Translations under genes and position numbers: made by a program
Virus record (IMG/VR): IMGVR_UViG_3300030419_006726
Coordinates: 90,916 to 154,915 of that record
Origin: a virus
Reading direction: 5' to 3' (one strand)
DNA length: 64,000 bases
The notes under the pieces: model-generated
The model's database searches: none
What the model was told of the DNA's origin: nothing
The model's input: the letters and a program-made list of their open reading frames with translations, nothing else
Part shown: piece by piece, positions 56,837 to 63,263 of the stretch
Position numbering within the stretch: position 1 is the stretch's first letter
Layout of the letters: every line of letters starts with the position of its first letter

Positions 56837-57676
56837 TTGAATGTCATTGGCTTAGGCGCCGCAGGTTGCAATATTGCTGATCAATTTGCCAAGTATCCTC
56901 AATATAATATATATAAAATTGATGTTGGGTTGGACGGCTTGAAGAAAGACGGCATATATGCGATGCCAAAACAGAAGACTGCCGAGGACTATGAGGCCAA
57001 ATGCCCTTCGCTGAAAAACTTTTTTAAAAACGTTAGCGGCGAGGTCTTGTTTATAGTTTGCGGAGCAGGTAAGATTTCTGGCTCAACATTGCGGATATTA
57101 GAAACAATTAAAAATTGTCAGATAAGTGTGATGTATGTTGTGCCGGACACTGAACTACTGAGCGAATTATCTCAAATAAGAAACAAGATTTCATATAATA
57201 TTTTGCAACAGTATGCGCGGTCTGGACTTTTAAAAAGGGTGTATATTGTTGGCAACCCATCGATTGAATCTATAATTGGAAGCGTGCCCATCGTGGGATA
57301 CTATGATAAGCTGAATGAAGTGATCGCGTACACGATGCATATGATAAATGTATTTAAAAACACACCGCCAGTTATGAATACATTTTCAGAACCTGTTGAT
57401 TTTGCTCGCATTTCTACGATTGGTACGATCGGCGATGAGCAAAAAAAAGAAAATTTGTTTTTTCCACTTGACAATATTCGCGAACGAGTGTATTATCATG
57501 GAGTACCTGACAATTTGCTCAAGAACGATGGAGGCCTCTTGAAGAGTATCACCGAACAAGCAAAAAGCTCTTCAGAGGATGGCAAGATTAAAACTAGTTT
57601 TGGCATCTTTCCTACAGAGTACGAGCAGCGATATTGTTTTACAGAGGTGCACACATCTTTTATACAAAAAAGTTAA
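56837..57676 (+). CDS. Tubulin/FtsZ-like protein (PhuZ/TubZ-like, divergent)
   Basis: NVIGLGAAGCNIAD nucleotide-binding loop; degenerate signature CGAGKISG; YYDKLNEVI. Confidence 0.65.
   Translation: MNVIGLGAAGCNIADQFAKYPQYNIYKIDVGLDGLKKDGIYAMPKQKTAEDYEAKCPSLKNFFKNVSGEVLFIVCGAGKISGSTLRILETIKNCQISVMYVVPDTELLSELSQIRNKISYNILQQYARSGLLKRVYIVGNPSIESIIGSVPIVGYYDKLNEVIAYTMHMINVFKNTPPVMNTFSEPVDFARISTIGTIGDEQKKENLFFPLDNIRERVYYHGVPDNLLKNDGGLLKSITEQAKSSSEDGKIKTSFGIFPTEYEQRYCFTEVHTSFIQKS
57468..57496 (+). promoter_or_regulatory. Sigma70-type promoter inside the tubulin-like gene
   Basis: TTGACA-17 nt-TATTAT. Confidence 0.55.
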
Positions 57677-57684
57677 AAAAGACC

Positions 57685-57713
57685 TTTACAAAGAGTAAGA
57701 AATAGGTTATATT
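57685..57713 (+). promoter_or_regulatory. Sigma70-type promoter of ssb-recA
   Basis: TTTACA-17 nt-TATATT in the intergenic region. Confidence 0.65.
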
Positions 57714-57779
57714 ATATAAAGAAACAGGGGAGATTTGCTCTGTTTACTATAGCCAAACGGCAAAAGGAGAAGACCAATT

Positions 57780-58541
57780 ATGGCAATTGATATGGAAAAA
57801 ATGCGTAGCAAGCTTTCAAAGTTACGCGGAGAAAATGATTCGAACGGAGGCTCAGTATTGTGGAAACCACAAGAGGGCAATCAGGACATTCGAATCGTTC
57901 CGACTGAAGATGGAGACCCGCTCAAGGAAATGTGGTTCCATTACAACCTAGGCGACAATAGAGGCTTTCTGTGTCCCAAGCGTAACTTTGGAGATCGTTG
58001 TCCGGTATGTGACTTCGCATCGAACCTATGGCGCGAAGGCGTAGAGAACAACGACAACGAGAGCAAGAAGCTTGCAAAGAGCCTTTTCGTTCGCCAGCGG
58101 TTCTTTAGTCCAGTGGTCGTGCGCGGCGATGAAGATCGCGGAGTACGCATTTGGGGCTACGGAAAGACCGCATATGAACTTTTACTGGGCTATATTCTAG
58201 ACCCAGATTATGGTGACATTACAGATACTGAGAGTGGCACTGATATTACGCTCACATACACCAAGCCCTCCAAGCCCGGTGCGTTCCCTCAGACTACACT
58301 TAAGCCCCGTCGCCATACTTCTCCACTGCTAGACGATGCAGAACGGACCAGTGTGCTTCTAGACAACATCCCAGATGTTGGTGACCTGTTTGAGCGTACA
58401 ACGCCCCAACAGGTAGAGGCAATGCTTGACGGTTTCCTCTCCGATGATGATAGTGCCGAAGAGGAATCTCGCGAGAACTTTCATGTTCCCGGTACCGAGA
58501 CTAGCAGCGTCGATGCGGCCTTTGAAGAACTCTTAGGCTAA
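57780..58541 (+). CDS. Single-stranded DNA-binding protein (T4 gp32-like)
   Basis: WKP..G...IRIVP, Zn motif H...C....CPVC, GDITD..G.D and an acidic C-terminus VDAAFEELLG. Confidence 0.82.
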   Translation: MAIDMEKMRSKLSKLRGENDSNGGSVLWKPQEGNQDIRIVPTEDGDPLKEMWFHYNLGDNRGFLCPKRNFGDRCPVCDFASNLWREGVENNDNESKKLAKSLFVRQRFFSPVVVRGDEDRGVRIWGYGKTAYELLLGYILDPDYGDITDTESGTDITLTYTKPSKPGAFPQTTLKPRRHTSPLLDDAERTSVLLDNIPDVGDLFERTTPQQVEAMLDGFLSDDDSAEEESRENFHVPGTETSSVDAAFEELLG

Positions 58542-58606
58542 CAGTGAGAGAACCCGCAGGGAGGCATGGGGAAACAGATGTCTCACATTTTTAAAACGGA
58601 GGGATA

Positions 58607-59725
58607 ATGGCTAGAGCTAGAAAATCAACTGCCGGTAAACTATCAATTGCCGACATGCGTAAACTAATTAATAAAAAAGCAGGGCACAATGTTGCACACG
58701 ATCTTACAGAAGACAACCCGACTGCTGTTGCGGATTGGATTCCTACTGGATCGCGATGGCTTGACTCGATCATCTGTCGCGGTCGATTGGCTGGTATTCC
58801 AGTTGGAAAAATTGTCGAAATCGCAGGATTAGAGGCAACCGGCAAAAGCTTTATGGCCGCGCAAGTGGCCGCCAATGCTCAGAATATGGGCATTGATGTT
58901 ATCTATTTCGATTCCGAATCCGCCATCGATCCAACTTTCTTGGAACGTGCTGGTTGTGATTTGGAAAAACTTCTTTATGTGCAGGCTGCGTCTGTCGAGT
59001 TTGTCCTTGAGACTATTGAAGAACTCTTGGGCTCAAACGATAACCGCATGCTGTTCATATGGGATTCGTTAGCATTGACACCAGCCATTTCTGATGTGGA
59101 GGGCGACTTTAACCCTCAGTCATCAATGGCAGTCAAGGCGCGAATTCTTGCAAAGGGAATGTCAAAACTGACAGTTCCAATTGCAAATAGTCAATCAACT
59201 TTCCTCGTCTTGAACCAACTCAAAACGAACATCACAAGATCCCCTTCGGAAGTACTAACCACCCCTTATGTAACTCCTGGTGGAAAGGCCATGATTTATG
59301 CATATTCCCTCCGTATTTGGCTAACCGGGCGTAAGGCGAAAGCTAGTTTTATTACTGACAAAAACGGATTCAGAATTGGATCAGAAGTTAAGGTAAAACT
59401 AGAAAAGTCTCGTTTTGGTACTCAGGGTCGTCAATGTAATTTTAAGATCTTGTGGGGCGATGAGATTGGGATCCAAGATGAGGAAAGTTGGTTTGACGCA
59501 ATCAAATCTTCTGACAAGTTGACTTCTTCTGGTGCATGGTATACCCTAGACATGGGTGGCGGGAATGTGAAGAAGTTTCAACCCTCAAAGTGGATTGATT
59601 GTATGCAGGAAGAGGATTTCAGACAGAGAGTTGTTGAAATTATGGACGAGGAAGTAGTAAAGAAGTTTGACAAGAGAGAAGGAGACGCAGCATCTTTTTA
59701 TGAAGAAGGAGGTAACGATGCTTAG
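58607..59725 (+). CDS. recA: RecA/UvsX recombinase
   Basis: IPTGS, Walker A GLEATGKS, FDSE, WDSLA, LNQL, TPGGKA and KSRF. Confidence 0.93.
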   Translation: MARARKSTAGKLSIADMRKLINKKAGHNVAHDLTEDNPTAVADWIPTGSRWLDSIICRGRLAGIPVGKIVEIAGLEATGKSFMAAQVAANAQNMGIDVIYFDSESAIDPTFLERAGCDLEKLLYVQAASVEFVLETIEELLGSNDNRMLFIWDSLALTPAISDVEGDFNPQSSMAVKARILAKGMSKLTVPIANSQSTFLVLNQLKTNITRSPSEVLTTPYVTPGGKAMIYAYSLRIWLTGRKAKASFITDKNGFRIGSEVKVKLEKSRFGTQGRQCNFKILWGDEIGIQDEESWFDAIKSSDKLTSSGAWYTLDMGGGNVKKFQPSKWIDCMQEEDFRQRVVEIMDEEVVKKFDKREGDAASFYEEGGNDA

Positions 59726-60056
59726 AGTAATTTCACTTATTTTCGCGCTTGGTTGCGCAACTGCACATAGCCGACCGCCGCCCACCAGAACCACAACCCC
59801 GGCACCAACTGTAACAGTTACAATTGGTTGGCATTGGGTGCCGGCAAGGTGGCATCGTGGTGTATATGTCCGCGGTTACTGGCGCCATCCGACACACGGC
59901 GTTAATCGCCGACCGTACCGACATGGACCGCCACATACGTACACGTCTCAGCCCCATCCACATTCCGTTTGGGTGCCTGGACACTGGGCTGGTCAGGGTC
60001 GTAATCGACATTGGGTGCCCGGCCACTGGCAAAACAGGCCACCGCCTAGGCGATAA
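59718..60056 (+). CDS. Lipoprotein with YXWGXW-type repeats
   Basis: ATG 59718 after AGGAGG; MLRVISLIFALGC lipoprotein-like signal; WVPARW, YVRGYW and WVPGHW x2. Confidence 0.7.
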   Translation: MLRVISLIFALGCATAHSRPPPTRTTTPAPTVTVTIGWHWVPARWHRGVYVRGYWRHPTHGVNRRPYRHGPPHTYTSQPHPHSVWVPGHWAGQGRNRHWVPGHWQNRPPPRR

Positions 60057-60066
60057 AAAAAAGTTC

Positions 60067-60113
60067 TTGACTTTGCCCCCTCCATCTGTTATAGTTAATA
60101 TAACTGGAGGGGG
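60067..60113 (+). promoter_or_regulatory. Sigma70 promoter overlapping an RBS-sequestering hairpin
   Basis: TTGACT-17 nt-TATAGT (60067-60095); CCCCCTCCA(60076-60084) pairs with TGGAGGGGG(60105-60113), and GTTATA pairs with TATAAC. Confidence 0.72.
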
Positions 60114-60117
60114 TTTC

Positions 60118-60522
60118 ATGTCTAGACAGTACATTACCGGACGAACTAAGCGGTTTATCGATCTTGCCTATCGAGTCGCAAAGACTTCAGATTTTGACGA
60201 CTATCGCCATGGCGCTGTGCTGGTGCGCGGGAACAATGTTATCAATGTTTCTGCCAATAAAAATAGTTATGCGCGTTTCGGTGGTCGTTTTCGTAAGCGC
60301 GATTGTGGTCATGCAACACACCACGCAGAGCTTGGGTGCATACTGGGCTTGGACCGTTCTGTCACACGCGGCAGCACAGTGTACGTTGCCAGGGTTGGAA
60401 AGCTTGGTAACATGAAAATTTCAAAGCCGTGTGAAATGTGTGAAGAAGTGCTTCGCCATGTTGGCGTTAGAAAAGTGGTGTATACAATTAATGATAAGGA
60501 GGTAGGAGTATATAAGCTATGA
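60118..60522 (+). CDS. Zn-dependent cytidine/dCMP-deaminase-fold protein
   Basis: HGAVLV, HAE and SKPCEMC; true start is ATG 60118. Confidence 0.8.
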   Translation: MSRQYITGRTKRFIDLAYRVAKTSDFDDYRHGAVLVRGNNVINVSANKNSYARFGGRFRKRDCGHATHHAELGCILGLDRSVTRGSTVYVARVGKLGNMKISKPCEMCEEVLRHVGVRKVVYTINDKEVGVYKL

Positions 60523-60611
60523 GTAGAAAAGCAAAACACAACAAAGCTCGTCGCCGTCGTAAAGTCGGCTCAAAGAAGCGAAACAATCGCCGCAAGGCAA
60601 AGAAGAGTTAG
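60519..60611 (+). CDS. 30-aa highly basic peptide (absent from the ORF track)
   Basis: ATGA overlap, AGGAG RBS, stop abuts the uvsE ATG; encodes MSRKAKHNKARRRRKVGSKKRNNRRKAKKS. Confidence 0.65.
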   Translation: MSRKAKHNKARRRRKVGSKKRNNRRKAKKS

Positions 60612-61553
60612 ATGCCAAAGAATTTCGGCTATGCATGCATGCACATGGGGTTTTCAAGCCGCCCCAAATCACAGCGAATTACAACAAACCGCACTATGAT
60701 TCGTAGAACCTTTGATGAAAAAGGTATTAAATACGCATCTGAGTTAGCGCTACAAAATGTCAGAGATTTGAACAAGATTCTTGAGTGGAATTTAGAAAAT
60801 AATATTTATTTCTATCGCTTGTCCTCAGACATATTTCCGTGGGCTAGCGAATACAATATGGAAGACTTGCCAGACTATCAGCAAATTCTTGCTGCATGTA
60901 TGCGCGCCGGCAACTTTGCCCGGAAGCATGGCATGAGGCTGACTAGTCACCCAGGACCATTCAACAAGCTTGCGTCTCCAAAGGAGCGAGTATTTCAACT
61001 TACCAAGACCGACCTCACTGTGCATGCAGACATGTTTGACATGATTGGTCTGCCACGCACGCCGCACGCAAAGCTCAATATTCATGTCGGCGCTGCGTAT
61101 GGTAATAAGCCTGTTGCCCTCGATACGTTCTGCCGCAATTTCGAGAGATTGCCAGAGTCAGTTCGTTCTCGCCTGACGGTCGAGAATGACGATAAGCCAT
61201 CCCTGTACAGTACGCAGGAATTGTATGAAGGCGTATATGAGCGCATCGGCATTCCAATTGTTTTTGACTATCACCATCATCGCCTACATCCTGGCGACCT
61301 GAGTGAGAAGCAAGCGCTTGAACTCGCCCTTTCAACGTGGCCACGAACAATTATTCCTGTCGTGCACTATGCAGAGTCGAGATCGATCGAGTACGATAAC
61401 CCAAAGATCAAGCCGCAGGCACACTCTGATTATGTGTATGATGATTTCGATGATTACGGTCACTGCATTGACGTTATGATTGAGGCCAAGCGCAAGGAGC
61501 AGGCATTGCTTAGATACCGTGAACATAATAATTATATGCAGGCAGCAAAATGA
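60612..61553 (+). CDS. uvsE: UV damage endonuclease
   Basis: GYAC, FYRLSSDIFP, RLTSHPGPF, RLTVENDD, VFDYHHH, AHSD and DVMIEAKRKE. Confidence 0.92.
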   Translation: MPKNFGYACMHMGFSSRPKSQRITTNRTMIRRTFDEKGIKYASELALQNVRDLNKILEWNLENNIYFYRLSSDIFPWASEYNMEDLPDYQQILAACMRAGNFARKHGMRLTSHPGPFNKLASPKERVFQLTKTDLTVHADMFDMIGLPRTPHAKLNIHVGAAYGNKPVALDTFCRNFERLPESVRSRLTVENDDKPSLYSTQELYEGVYERIGIPIVFDYHHHRLHPGDLSEKQALELALSTWPRTIIPVVHYAESRSIEYDNPKIKPQAHSDYVYDDFDDYGHCIDVMIEAKRKEQALLRYREHNNYMQAAK

Positions 61554-62509
61554 AGAGAGTATTGATTGTTGATGCTTTGAATATGTATTTTAGAGCATAC
61601 ATTGTTGACCCTAGCTTGTCATCGAACGGCCAGCCGATCGGTGGCGTCATGGGTTTTCTTAAAATCTTGCAAAAGCAAATCCGCGACACTAAACCAGATC
61701 GCGTTGTGATCGCGTGGGATGGCCCGGGCGGTTCTCGCAAGCGTAAGCAAATGGACAAGGGGTACAAGGCTGGCCGCAAGCCAATACGACTGAACCGCTC
61801 TATCAGAAATCTTTCCGAGAGCGAAGAGGTAGAAAATAAGATTTGGCAACAAACGCGTTTGGTTGAGTATCTCAATCAGATGCCAGTATCTCAACTGCTG
61901 CTTCCAGAGGTTGAAGCAGATGATGTTATAGCATATGCCGCGGCACTGCCGTACTTTGATGGCTGGCAAAAAGTCATTGTCTCCAGCGATAAAGATTTCT
62001 TTCAGCTTTGCGATGATGAGACTGTCGTTTATCGTCCGATTCAAAAGCAAGTAATGAACAAGAAAAGAATTATTGAAGAATTTAATATTCATCCAAATAA
62101 TATGGCGTTAGCCCGAGCAATCGCCGGCGATACATCTGACAATCTTCCCGGCATCAGGGGTGTTGGGCTTCCGACCATCAAGAAGCGCCTACCATTTTTG
62201 TCCGAAGAGAAGAGCTATACGATCGATGAAGTGATTGACTTTTGCAGCGAGGTGGAGGGCAAGCTGAAGGCATATGATAGCATCGTTGAGAATCAGGACG
62301 TTATCGAACACAACTATAAGATGATGCAGCTTTACTCTCCGTCGCTGTCGTACAATGCGAAACAACAGGTACGATTCGCTATCGAAGAGGCAGATCAACT
62401 GTTCAATTTAACTGAAATGAAGAAGATGATGATTCAAGATGGCTTTGGCGCATGGAATTGGTCAGATCTTATTCAAATAATGAGGAGAATTACAGTACAA
62501 AAAGACTAA
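61550..62509 (+). CDS. 5'-3' exonuclease / flap endonuclease (T4 RNase H, Pol I 5' domain type)
   Basis: LIVDALN, YKAGR, EADDVI, SSDKDFFQL and GDTSDNLPGIRGVG. Confidence 0.92.
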   Translation: MKRVLIVDALNMYFRAYIVDPSLSSNGQPIGGVMGFLKILQKQIRDTKPDRVVIAWDGPGGSRKRKQMDKGYKAGRKPIRLNRSIRNLSESEEVENKIWQQTRLVEYLNQMPVSQLLLPEVEADDVIAYAAALPYFDGWQKVIVSSDKDFFQLCDDETVVYRPIQKQVMNKKRIIEEFNIHPNNMALARAIAGDTSDNLPGIRGVGLPTIKKRLPFLSEEKSYTIDEVIDFCSEVEGKLKAYDSIVENQDVIEHNYKMMQLYSPSLSYNAKQQVRFAIEEADQLFNLTEMKKMMIQDGFGAWNWSDLIQIMRRITVQKD

Positions 62510-62530
62510 TTATTGTATCGAGGTATAATA

Positions 62531-62752
62531 ATGAAACTATTTACTGAACACCCAAACTCTGTGGGTGAAACATATATGCAACATTCTGTTGCTGCTACTA
62601 AATTATCACTAAGGCTATCGATGGCATCACTGGCTCAGCTAGTGCATGCCATTTTTCCGTTTTTTAGCCCTCCGTGTGGAACCGATGTGTGTTCGATGAT
62701 AGATTATTTAGAAAGCAAGAAGCCAGAAACAAGGAGGCAGTGCGATGAATAA
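62531..62752 (+). CDS. DUF6356-like small protein
   Basis: FTEHPNSVGETYMQH...VHAIFPF; ACTAATTA at 62505-62512. Confidence 0.7.
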   Translation: MKLFTEHPNSVGETYMQHSVAATKLSLRLSMASLAQLVHAIFPFFSPPCGTDVCSMIDYLESKKPETRRQCDE

Positions 62753-63263
62753 GTTGTTTGAAAATTGGAGAAGATTTTTGTTGACCGAAGCCCAGGGCAA
62801 TGCTATTTACAAGGGTTACTTGGGGTGGCAGATTCCAAATGAGCTTGTAGATCTTGCAGGCGTTGACGAGAGTTATATCAAAAATCGTATTGAGCGAGAC
62901 GGGCAAGACATTTATCACATCACTATTATTAATCCAAAAGAAACAAGACAGATTATAAAAGATATTAAAGCCGAGAAGGGACTTTCCGGCAGCAAAGCCA
63001 AGAAAGAGGTGAAAAGCATCCTTCTTCAGAGGGGGGAATCATTGGCCCAAAGTGAGTTTAGCATTGGCGAGACCAAGAGCGTAGAAGGTCCCGGCGACGG
63101 CGCCGTTGGCACAGAAGGCGAACCTTCCTCTGCATTTTTCAAAGTTGTCGAGTGGGAAGAGGCTCAGGCTTTACGTGCGGAATACGGATTGCCCCCTAAA
63201 GACTTGCATATCACGCTAGGCATTGGAGATAATGGGGATGTTCATGGAGTAGAAAAAATATGA
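62745..63263 (+). CDS. 2H phosphoesterase with MNKLFENWRRFLLTE tag
   Basis: Two HxT motifs: YHITII and LHITLG...DVHGV. Confidence 0.75.
   Translation: MNKLFENWRRFLLTEAQGNAIYKGYLGWQIPNELVDLAGVDESYIKNRIERDGQDIYHITIINPKETRQIIKDIKAEKGLSGSKAKKEVKSILLQRGESLAQSEFSIGETKSVEGPGDGAVGTEGEPSSAFFKVVEWEEAQALRAEYGLPPKDLHITLGIGDNGDVHGVEKI

Noticed and set aside
56837-57676. Evidence for a nucleus-forming phiKZ-like phage
   Set aside because: The structural genes are T4-type, and no chimallin or multisubunit RNA polymerase is recognisable here; tubulin alone is insufficient.
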